DNA from: a bacterium
Lineage (GTDB): Bacteria > Electryoneota > JAOADG01
DNA length: 64,000 bases
Direction of reading: 5' to 3'
Assembly (NCBI GenBank): GCA_963681965.1
Contig: OY820579.1
Span: 1,408,001 to 1,472,000 of the forward strand
Shown: one piece after another, positions 1-8,594 of the stretch
Position numbering within the stretch: the first letter of the stretch is position 1
Layout: the number at the start of each line of letters is the position of its first letter
Notes under the pieces: model-generated
The model's input: the letters and a program-made list of their open reading frames with translations, nothing else
What the model was told of the DNA's origin: nothing
The model's database searches: none
Position numbers and translations under genes: made by a program

Positions 1-74
1 TGCTTCGCTTTGCATGGATTTCGTTGTATAATTTAGTTCGTATCGAAACTTCTCGATCGACATGATGGAGTAGA

Positions 75-806
75 ATGCCGACCGAAACCGTCTTTCAACG
101 ACTATTGGCTTTCCGCCGGGACCGGGGTCCCGGGCTGATTGTGCTGCTTGATCCCGACCGCACTGATGCGACCGCGATGGCAGCACTAGCTGCACGCGCC
201 GAAAATGCCGGTGCCGCGGCGATCCTTTATGGTACGAGTTATTTGACCGGGAACCACTTCGAAGAATCGCTCCGGAAAGTAAAATCAGCAACAACCTTGC
301 CGGTCGTACTATTTCCGAGTAATTCCCGTCAACTGACTGCCGAAGCCGATGCTGTCTTGCTGCTTTCGCTCCTTTCTTCACGAAATCCCCAGTATTTGAT
401 TGGTGAACATGTAATTGCTGCACCCATCATCAAACATCTCCGTTTGGAAGCAATAGCCACCGGTTATTTGCTTATTTCCTCCGGTCGGATGACCACTGCC
501 GAATTTATGAGTGGATCGCCGCCGATCCCGCGCGACAAACCCGAACTAGTTGCCGCACACGCTTTGGCTGCCGAACAACTCGGTATGAAATGTGTCTATC
601 TCGAAGCTGGCAGTGGTGCCGAATTTCCGGTTCCGGCGGAAGCTATCGCGGCAACCCGTCACGAGATTTCACTTCCAATTCTCGTGGGTGGTGGTATTCG
701 AACCCCCGAACAAGTTCAAACTGCCGTTAAAGCTGGTGCCGATTTCATTGTCATTGGAACCCTACTCGAACAAGTACCCAGCACCGAATTAACATCTCTT
801 CTTTAG
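75..806 (+). CDS. geranylgeranylglyceryl phosphate synthase (GGGPS/PcrB family, group II-like)
   Basis: Motifs LLDPD, LLSLLSSRNPQYLIGEH, YLEAGSGA, VGGGIR typical of the GGGPS/PcrB TIM barrel. Confidence 0.9.
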   Translation: MPTETVFQRLLAFRRDRGPGLIVLLDPDRTDATAMAALAARAENAGAAAILYGTSYLTGNHFEESLRKVKSATTLPVVLFPSNSRQLTAEADAVLLLSLLSSRNPQYLIGEHVIAAPIIKHLRLEAIATGYLLISSGRMTTAEFMSGSPPIPRDKPELVAAHALAAEQLGMKCVYLEAGSGAEFPVPAEAIAATRHEISLPILVGGGIRTPEQVQTAVKAGADFIVIGTLLEQVPSTELTSLL

Positions 807-847
807 ATATCTACTGGTATTACCAAGACAATTTTTGAGATAAGACA

Positions 848-873
848 AACCCGCATCAACGAGAATGCGGGTT
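848..873. terminator. hairpin between convergent genes
   Basis: AACCCGCAT-N8-ATGCGGGTT between the GGGPS and TonB receptor stops. Confidence 0.5.
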
Positions 874-901
874 GACTATTACATATAAAATTCTCTCTTG
901 A

Positions 902-3421
902 TTAAAATTCCGCTTCCACCCCGAGAATCGGGAAGAAAGCGTACTGGTACTCGGTTTCTTTAGTTCCATCTGTTCGATAGCTGTAGCCGAATATATTTTT
1001 CCGGTTCGTCACATTCTGAATTGCGACCACCGTATTGAGATCCCAATTCGAGAAATGATAGCGGCTGATCCATTGTAAATCGAGTCGTGAATAATCGGGA
1101 TACCGGATACTATTAATATTCGGGGAATCGATCCATGCGCCGCGCGACCATGCCATTCCACCGATTCGATCTTGCCGCCACGTTACAAATTCTTGCGGAG
1201 TGTAGGTTTTACCTGTCTGGTAGCGATATTTGAATCCGATTTCCATATCGTTGGAGAATGGTAAAATATAACTTGGATACTTTACAAAAAACGGCATATC
1301 GTTCAGTCGATTCCGAAAATTTTTAGTGATCTCACCCGTTGAAACCACCACGATCCAAGGAAAATCGTATTCATCCGGAAATTCATCCGATACTTTCGGT
1401 TTGCGGGGATCGAGATCCCGCGTCTTTGACCAGGATACGCTGAGCGTTCCATAGAAATTCTTTACCTGTTTCTGCTGTAAGAAAAATTCCGCTCCGTAGG
1501 AGTACTTCTCTCCGACATTATGCCGTTTTTCCGACCGGAGTGTATCGGTGGCTTGATAGATGAATTCCTCCGAAACCGCAAAATCGTTGTATTTCTTGTA
1601 GTACCCTTCGATTGAATACTTCAACCCTTCGCCAATAATCGATTCAATTCCGGCTGCAAAATTTCGGGCATGAATATTTTTCAGTCGAATATTATAACCG
1701 ACATTGTTCCGATCGCCATATTCCGGAAACGGCTGAGTCTGGTAGTATTCACCTACCGCGAATTTTAACTTGGTGGTTCTTGGTACGAGCTGATATTCTA
1801 GATTCAATCGCGGACTAATATTTCCCTGACGGGTGTAGCTGAAGTAATCGTATCGAACACCGACAGTCACTTTTAATTCGTGTGTAATGTGAAAATCGTC
1901 GCTCAAGTAGCCGTAGGATCTGTTTGCATTGCCAAATTTGATCTGTTGCTGAAAACTTCCCTCTGGTCGAACAATTGGTCCCGTCTCGAATACGCCATCG
2001 CCGTTTAAATCGTACCGGCTGGTATCGGCTTGGACATAAACATCGGTAGTCCACTTTTGAACCGACTGAATCTGACCACCAAGCGATACTTCGTGTCCTC
2101 GGTACGGTGGGAAGTAGTAGTCGAATTTCGCCGATACAAATGATTGGTCAGCTCGTTCGCCAAAATGAGGAAATGAATTTAAAATCCGGTAATTGTCAAC
2201 ATGTCCGTTGGCATCGAATTGTCGTTCGGTATATTCGCGATGTACCGAAATATTGTAATTATTCCCAATTGTCGCCAGTGTAAAATTGGAGTACCCTTTA
2301 TTGCCCCACAGACTTCTCAGAGTGACGCCGTAAGCATATTGTTGAGATCGAAAATTCGTCGTATTGATTGCCGAGGAATCGGTTACGCTCTTTAAGTAAT
2401 CGCTATCCTTTTTCGGATCCCCTTCGAATAATATTCGGTCGTCGCCGAATATTCCGTTGAAAACCAATTTCTGCCGTGGTGACAGGTCGTAAACGATTTT
2501 CGATTGCATATCCCAGTATTTCGGTACCGCCGTTAAGCCCAACGCATCGGCACCCACCACTTGATCGAAAACTTCGAGCAGACTTTGTCGTGCCGAAAAC
2601 ATCCACGATCCGCGACCGCCGTTAAGACGCCCTTCCATCAATGTACCGGCCCCGGCAAAATGCATCGATGTGTTCGACGCAAATCGGACATTCCGATCCC
2701 CTTCACGCAGCGTCACTTTCATCACCGAGGAGATTTTATCGCCGTAACGCGCCGGAAATCCTCCGGTCGAAAATTCGACATCTTCGATCATATCGGTATT
2801 TACCATATTGATCGGACCAGCCGAATTGTATTCGTTCGGATAGTGATTTGTCGATGGGATTTCAATCTCATCGAGAACCGTCAAGTTTTCAAATGGAGCA
2901 CCGCCGCGAACGATCAATTCGTTATTCATATCCTGTGAATTGGCAACGCCCGGAAGAATTTGAACGATTCGCTGCATATCCATCAGTGAACCGGGATTTC
3001 GCTTAATTTCGGATGCATCGATTACTGCTGAGCTCATTGCTCCTACAGTTCCACCATCGCGAAAGTAATCCGGCTTCACTGTCATCTCGTCTAGATGCGA
3101 TCGAGTGGCTGTCAGTTTAGCCTTTACTTTCGCGCTTCGACCGGTTGAAACGACGATATTCGTCACTACCGATGGTTGGTAACCGATTGCTGAACAGCGA
3201 AGTGAGTATTCTCCGACAGGTAATTTGGGGATTATGAATTTTCCGGTAGTATCGCTGATAGCACCGATTTTTTTTCCGACAATCTGAACGGAGGCGCCAA
3301 TTAATGGCTCTGAACTATTTTCATCGATAATTTGCCCGCTAATCGATCCTTCACGTACTTGAGCAATTGCCGCAATCGAAAATAGAAAGAGGAGTAAAAG
3401 AAGAGTTGCTAGTTTCATCAT
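902..3421 (-). CDS. TonB-dependent receptor with N-terminal carboxypeptidase-regulatory-like domain
   Basis: Signal peptide MMKLATLLLLLFLFSIAAIAQ (start chosen at 3421), ISGQIID...EPLIGASV domain, plug motif LIVRGG...GGFPARYGD, C-terminal Phe. Confidence 0.88.
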   Translation of the reverse strand: MMKLATLLLLLFLFSIAAIAQVREGSISGQIIDENSSEPLIGASVQIVGKKIGAISDTTGKFIIPKLPVGEYSLRCSAIGYQPSVVTNIVVSTGRSAKVKAKLTATRSHLDEMTVKPDYFRDGGTVGAMSSAVIDASEIKRNPGSLMDMQRIVQILPGVANSQDMNNELIVRGGAPFENLTVLDEIEIPSTNHYPNEYNSAGPINMVNTDMIEDVEFSTGGFPARYGDKISSVMKVTLREGDRNVRFASNTSMHFAGAGTLMEGRLNGGRGSWMFSARQSLLEVFDQVVGADALGLTAVPKYWDMQSKIVYDLSPRQKLVFNGIFGDDRILFEGDPKKDSDYLKSVTDSSAINTTNFRSQQYAYGVTLRSLWGNKGYSNFTLATIGNNYNISVHREYTERQFDANGHVDNYRILNSFPHFGERADQSFVSAKFDYYFPPYRGHEVSLGGQIQSVQKWTTDVYVQADTSRYDLNGDGVFETGPIVRPEGSFQQQIKFGNANRSYGYLSDDFHITHELKVTVGVRYDYFSYTRQGNISPRLNLEYQLVPRTTKLKFAVGEYYQTQPFPEYGDRNNVGYNIRLKNIHARNFAAGIESIIGEGLKYSIEGYYKKYNDFAVSEEFIYQATDTLRSEKRHNVGEKYSYGAEFFLQQKQVKNFYGTLSVSWSKTRDLDPRKPKVSDEFPDEYDFPWIVVVSTGEITKNFRNRLNDMPFFVKYPSYILPFSNDMEIGFKYRYQTGKTYTPQEFVTWRQDRIGGMAWSRGAWIDSPNINSIRYPDYSRLDLQWISRYHFSNWDLNTVVAIQNVTNRKNIFGYSYRTDGTKETEYQYAFFPILGVEAEF

Positions 3422-3713
3422 TCGCCCGGTTTGATGGTATGAAAATTTCGTGTGAATCAATATATTCAATTTCGATTTCATTTGTAAGTGTTGTAATAAA
3501 GCCGAAACGTTGCATTGAAGACATCTGCCGGTCATTTAATCCTTGAAAATGGGTTTTCAGTATTCACAAAGACTTATGAATCGAAATCAAAGATCAAAGT
3601 GAGCCATCGACAACCGAAAACAATTGGTTAATTCGAACATTTTTTGTAATTTCGATCCGTGAATTATCAGCACTATTGTTAAGTTTCAAATTTTTATCGC
3701 TAAAGGGGGACAG

Positions 3714-4856
3714 ATGTCTTCAAGCTCGCGTACAGCCTCTAAATTTCTTGCAATTATCGCTTTGTTGTCACTTTCATCGCTGGTTTGGTCTGAAGAAGCA
3801 AAACCATTGAAATGGAATGATTTAATCACGTTGTCTGGCGATTTTCGGTATCGTCATGAACTCATCAATTTGGAAGGAGATCCGATGCCGCGAAACCGCG
3901 AACGAATTCGCGCGCGGTTAGGGTTGGCTGCTCAAGTGAATGAAGACTGGAAAGTCAATTTTCGGCTTACAACCGGTGAAACCGAGAACTCGACTTCTGC
4001 GAATCAAACATTGGCAGATTCAGTCAACAAAGGCGATGGCGAAAGCCGGAAAATATTCTGGTTGGAAACCGCAAATGTCGAATGGAAACCCGCTGAAAAT
4101 GTGAATTTTTATATCGGTAAATTCCCGATGCCGTTGTTTCTCACCGATCTCGTATTTAGTCCCGACCTTAGTTTCGAAGGTGGTTTCGCCAAATCCGAAT
4201 TCAAGATGAATGAGAAAATGACGATGTTTGCATCATTCGGTGAATCGTGGTTGCGAGAGAATTCCAAGAGCAATGATCAGAGTTTGATGATTGCGACGTT
4301 GGGCATCAAAGGCAATTGTTGCGAGTATGGTTACTGGCTTGGCTGCGCCTATTTCGATTTTTCGAATGTGAAGGATTATCCGCTCTTTTACGGAAAGTCG
4401 TTGGGTAATACCCTCGATTCCAATCGGTCATTCGGTAGAACATTTGCTGCCTACAAATACGATTACGACTTAATGGATGTCGCCACCAAATTGGAATGGA
4501 ATGGACTCAAGGGGTATCCCGTCAATGTCTTCGGTGAATACGTGCAGAATGGCGATGTTGGCGAAAAGAATACGGCGTGGGTAGGGGGGTTCCAATTCGG
4601 AAAAGCGAAGAACCCGAAAAATTGGGGAATGCTTTATTCCTATCGGAAAATTGAAAGTGATGCTATTGTTGGTGCATTAGCGGAACCAAGCATCGGTGTA
4701 TTAGGATCAAATTACAATTGCAATCGCATCGAATTCGAATATTGTCTCGCAAAAAATGTCAATACCACCGTTCGAGCCTACGATGTCAAACTCGATCCCA
4801 CCGGTGCAAACAAAAAATTCCGGCAATATCAGCTCGACCTCGTGCTGAAATTCTAA
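3714..4856 (+). CDS. putative outer-membrane porin
   Basis: Signal peptide, GDFRYRHE...RNRERIRARLG N-terminal strands, C-terminal YQLDLVLKF. Confidence 0.75.
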   Translation: MSSSSRTASKFLAIIALLSLSSLVWSEEAKPLKWNDLITLSGDFRYRHELINLEGDPMPRNRERIRARLGLAAQVNEDWKVNFRLTTGETENSTSANQTLADSVNKGDGESRKIFWLETANVEWKPAENVNFYIGKFPMPLFLTDLVFSPDLSFEGGFAKSEFKMNEKMTMFASFGESWLRENSKSNDQSLMIATLGIKGNCCEYGYWLGCAYFDFSNVKDYPLFYGKSLGNTLDSNRSFGRTFAAYKYDYDLMDVATKLEWNGLKGYPVNVFGEYVQNGDVGEKNTAWVGGFQFGKAKNPKNWGMLYSYRKIESDAIVGALAEPSIGVLGSNYNCNRIEFEYCLAKNVNTTVRAYDVKLDPTGANKKFRQYQLDLVLKF

Positions 4857-4880
4857 TCTCAACTCGATTTAAGCGTACTG

Positions 4881-4910
4881 AGGGAGGATTGATGATCCTC
4901 CCTTTTGTTT
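4881..4910 (+). terminator. intrinsic terminator
   Basis: AGGGAGGAT-N5-ATCCTCCCT followed by TTTGTTT. Confidence 0.75.
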
Positions 4911-6041
4911 TTATCCTGAAGCGCCCCACGATTTCCAATAATCGGGATTTTCAATTCCTTTAGCGGTGTCCGTCATCTGTAATGGTCGCGAAGTATCCAG
5001 CATCACTGCCATTTCGTCGGTGTGAGATTTTTGTTGCGATGCTATCCGTGCCTTTGGATGAGGTCCGTGCGGAAATCCCTGGGGATGGAAGGTAATCATC
5101 CCGGCACGAATATTGTCGCGTGAGAAAAAGTCACCATCGTGATAAAACAGTACCTCGTCGTAATCGATATTGCTGTGATAAAACGGCACTTTCACCGCAT
5201 CCTCATCGGTTTCCAGTGGTCGCGGTAAAAAGCTGCAGATTACAAATCCCTTCCCGACGAAGGTCGTATGAACTGGAGGGGGAAGATGTTGTCGGTGTGA
5301 ATTAACTGGCAGATACTGATCGATATTCAATCGCCAGGGAAATAGATCTCCTTTCCAACCAATCACATCCAAGGGATGATGATTGAAGAAAAAACTCGTT
5401 GTCTCGCCCTGTCGAATTACCTGCACTTCATATTCGCGATTTGGCTCACTAGGATAAGCCATCGGTTCGGGGATGAATACGGCAGCCGGATCGTACAATG
5501 CGTGTTGTCCCAGTATTCCTCGCGATGGTTGTTCGATTTCACCACGGTATGCTTCGATTTGTAACAGTGTCGATGGGTCAGAAGGTACGATCCGATGCAA
5601 CAATCCACGGGGAATCAGCAAATAATCCCCCTGTCTATACGGCATCGGTCCGAACAGTGTCTCGCAGATCCCTTTGCCGCGATGGACAAAGTATATCCGT
5701 TCCGCATCGCTATCGCGAAGCCAGTAAGGCATCGGTTCCAATATCGACAATATTGAAAAAGCGACATCGTCGTTGTACAACAATTTCCGGCAATTATCCG
5801 GGCAGGAGGGAAGTGATGAGGTATCGAAACTTCTCGGTTTCAAGGTTCCCTCGATTCGTTGCCAGTCGGTAGGAGGATGGGTGTGAGTCAGGTGTGCTAC
5901 CCGCGAGAAAAAACCCGCTCGACCATATTCCTCTTCGAAGGTTCCATCTGGTAGATCCTTGTGGGCTGTGGTTGCCACCACCCCTTTGACCAAGTGTACA
6001 TTGCGCGATTCGTTCATCTTACTCCTCCCTTGAATAAACAT
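4911..6041 (-). CDS. hmgA: homogentisate 1,2-dioxygenase
   Basis: HPLDVIGWKG, HLPPPVHTTF, VPFYHSNIDYDEVLFYH, HPQGFPHGPHP, MAVMLDT motifs. Confidence 0.9.
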   Translation of the reverse strand: MFIQGRSKMNESRNVHLVKGVVATTAHKDLPDGTFEEEYGRAGFFSRVAHLTHTHPPTDWQRIEGTLKPRSFDTSSLPSCPDNCRKLLYNDDVAFSILSILEPMPYWLRDSDAERIYFVHRGKGICETLFGPMPYRQGDYLLIPRGLLHRIVPSDPSTLLQIEAYRGEIEQPSRGILGQHALYDPAAVFIPEPMAYPSEPNREYEVQVIRQGETTSFFFNHHPLDVIGWKGDLFPWRLNIDQYLPVNSHRQHLPPPVHTTFVGKGFVICSFLPRPLETDEDAVKVPFYHSNIDYDEVLFYHDGDFFSRDNIRAGMITFHPQGFPHGPHPKARIASQQKSHTDEMAVMLDTSRPLQMTDTAKGIENPDYWKSWGASG

Positions 6042-6152
6042 TGTACGAGAGTTATATCCATTCAGTAATCCATTGATTTCCTCCGTATCTTATATTCATT
6101 CTGTTGAAGTGTGATTCTGTAGCCAGCGCCTGTTATTGCGTTCACTTTTTTT

Positions 6153-6460
6153 ATAGCCGCAGACTTTAGCCTGCGTTCCGTTTCTTTTGAGTAGGGCGTA
6201 TGGCATACGCCCTAAGGTTCGATCGCGATCGAACCCTTCATTACCAGAATAGTGGACTAATGGTTATTACTATCAATCTTTACATCTTTTGTAGGGGCGG
6301 TTCGCGAACCGCCCGTAACAGTTGAATTGGCAGAATGCGCAGATTGAAATATTGAATCAAAGGATGCGGGTGTCTTACTTTCGGTGAGCGCTTTGCGGTT
6401 GCCATACGCCCCAAGGTTCGTTCGCGAACGCGCCTTTCATTACCAGATTAGCGGACTAAA
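6153..6460. repeat. cluster of GTAG-headed REP-like palindromes plus a ~60-bp imperfect direct repeat
   Basis: GTAGGGCGTATGGCATACGCCCT (6191-6213), GTAGGGGCGGTTCGCGAACCGCCC (6291-6314); ~6204-6260 is imperfectly repeated at ~6402-6460. Confidence 0.75.
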
Positions 6461-6564
6461 GGCCGCCGCTACCATGCGGTTAGTGAATAAAATGAAATGC
6501 CATTAGTCAGTATTTGAATCTGAATCTTGTATTGCAATCTGTCGCTATTATTTCGCGAGGGAAC

Positions 6565-7149
6565 ATGTCCGAAAAAAAAATCCGCATCTACACCCGTGTC
6601 GGCGACAAAGGGCAAACAGCGCTGTTCAGTGGTGATCGAGTTAGCAAATCCGATCCCCGCGTGGCAGCATACGGTACCATCGATGAACTCAATTCTTTGC
6701 TCGGATGGACTCAGGTTGCGATTGCGATGCTTTCCTGTGAAGGGGCTGCGCGGTTGGGAGCAATGCTCGATGCGTTGCAGCACGAGCTGTTCGAAGTAGG
6801 TGCCGACTTAGCAACGCCCCCTTCGAATAATGCCGACACGTACCAAATCAAGCGGATTGGTGAACCGGAAGTGAAACAGCTCGAACACTGGATTGATGAA
6901 TTGGAGACTGCGTTACAGCCGCTCCGCGCTTTCATTCTGCCGGGAGGAAGTGAAGCCGCAGCCCGACTGCATCTGGCACGTACCGTTTGTCGCCGTGCCG
7001 AGCGCGAAGCCGTCGCCGCACTGGAGTCTGTCCCCGATATCAATCCCGGTGTCATCCAGTACTTGAACCGGCTCAATGATCTTTTCTTTGTAATGGCACG
7101 CAATGCCAACAAAATCCAGAATCGCGATGATGTTGTTTGGAAAAGGTGA
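6565..7149 (+). CDS. ATP:cob(I)alamin adenosyltransferase, PduO type
   Basis: IYTRVGDKGQT, AYGTIDELNS, FILPGG...LHLARTVCRRAER, YLNRLNDLFFVMAR. Confidence 0.93.
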   Translation: MSEKKIRIYTRVGDKGQTALFSGDRVSKSDPRVAAYGTIDELNSLLGWTQVAIAMLSCEGAARLGAMLDALQHELFEVGADLATPPSNNADTYQIKRIGEPEVKQLEHWIDELETALQPLRAFILPGGSEAAARLHLARTVCRRAEREAVAALESVPDINPGVIQYLNRLNDLFFVMARNANKIQNRDDVVWKR

Positions 7150-7173
7150 TTGATCTTGAATTTTATGAGCACC

Positions 7174-7204
7174 AAAAAACGCCCCTTGCGGGGCGTTTTC
7201 TTTT
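7174..7204. terminator. bidirectional intrinsic terminator
   Basis: AAAAAACGCCCC-TTGC-GGGGCGTTTTCTTTT between convergent genes. Confidence 0.85.
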
Positions 7205-7230
7205 ACGATTCACTGATACGCTGCGAATTG

Positions 7231-7635
7231 TTAACTTGCTGACCCACTCGCGGCGAACTGCCGCAGCATTCGATCTGCAACCTTCTCCGCCAACCGTTCC
7301 AACAGCTCGGTCCGTCCTTCCGCCCAATCCTGGGCGACAGTCCGAATCGCGCCCTGCAATTCAGCCGGTTGATGAGCAGATTGAGGGTCTTCCAATTGAC
7401 GCTTGGCACCATGAAGCGACATCCCGTGATCAAGTATCATTGACTTCAATCGCTCGACACGTTCAACCACATCCGGTGCGTATCGCTTGTGCCCGCCAGG
7501 GGTACGAGCGACCTGCAAGTATTCGCGAAACTCACGTTCCCACTTCGATAATGTCGGAGGGGGAACGCCGGTGATCGCATGGACCTGAGAAGGGGTAAAA
7601 CCATCCCCGGTCGGTATGTTCGGTATTCGCTCCAT
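7231..7635 (-). CDS. MerR-family HTH transcriptional regulator
   Basis: FTPSQVHAITGVPPPTLSKWEREF...RTPGGHKRY winged HTH. Confidence 0.8.
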   Translation of the reverse strand: MERIPNIPTGDGFTPSQVHAITGVPPPTLSKWEREFREYLQVARTPGGHKRYAPDVVERVERLKSMILDHGMSLHGAKRQLEDPQSAHQPAELQGAIRTVAQDWAEGRTELLERLAEKVADRMLRQFAASGSAS

Positions 7636-7940
7636 TAATCGGTCCTCGCGATGGACCAGATCAATGAGGGGGCGCGAGCCCCACGACTCCGGTGACCTCC
7701 CCGTCGCCGACGGTTATGCCGTCCAACTTTGGGTTCAATACTTTATCGACAACTCCAAGTGAAATATTTACAATCTATTAACGGTTGAGAAATAGTTAAA
7801 GCAAATGTGACGGATTGTTACTCTAACACCTTAACGAAAATGAGACGCTCCTGAGATTTAACCAACGTGAAATCGAATTTCGACCGTTCAGTTTCGTGAT
7901 TGACCCGATTTCACTTATTTTACACCCAATTATTCGGAGT

Positions 7941-8594
7941 ATGAGAGTGGAGTTAATTTCCTTCATTACCGATTGGATCCTGCATCTTGACGTTCACTTA
8001 GCACAGGTGATACAGCAATACGGTAGCTGGACTTACGGAATCTTATTTTGTGTGATCTTCTGCGAAACTGGTTTGGTCGTGATGCCATTTCTACCCGGCG
8101 ATTCGTTGCTTTTCGTCGCTGGTGCCCTAACTGCGAAGAATCCCGATGTATTGAATATCGGTTTTCTGTTTGGGTTACTTTATTTTGCAGCGGTTGCAGG
8201 CGACAACACCAATTACGCCATCGGTCGATTCCTCGGGTTGAAACTGTTTACCAAACCCGATAGCAAATTCTTCCGGAAGGATTATCTTGATCGCACGCAC
8301 TCCTTTTACGAGAAATATGGCAAGAAAACCATCATTCTTGCTCGATTCGTACCGATCGTACGGACCTTTGCGCCCTTCGTCGCCGGTCTTGGGCGAATGA
8401 GCTATCTTACTTTTCTCACGTTCGATTTGCTCGGCGGGGCGCTCTGGATTGGCTCGCTAACTTTTGCGGGTTACTTTTTCGGTAATATCGAATTCATCCA
8501 GAAAAACCTGACCGTCGTTATTTTTTCCATTATCTTTCTTTCGATTCTTCCTGCGATCATTGAAGTTGTTCGCGAAAAATGGAGTAAGAAATGA
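7941..8594 (+). CDS. dedA: DedA family membrane protein
   Basis: FCETGLVVMPFLPGDSLLF, ARFVPIVRTFAPFVAG; start uncertain. Confidence 0.9.
   Translation: MRVELISFITDWILHLDVHLAQVIQQYGSWTYGILFCVIFCETGLVVMPFLPGDSLLFVAGALTAKNPDVLNIGFLFGLLYFAAVAGDNTNYAIGRFLGLKLFTKPDSKFFRKDYLDRTHSFYEKYGKKTIILARFVPIVRTFAPFVAGLGRMSYLTFLTFDLLGGALWIGSLTFAGYFFGNIEFIQKNLTVVIFSIIFLSILPAIIEVVREKWSKK

Noticed and set aside
6320-6564. Cobalamin riboswitch upstream of the adenosyltransferase
   Set aside because: No B12-box or other core motif recognised; the structure is explained by REP-like repeats.
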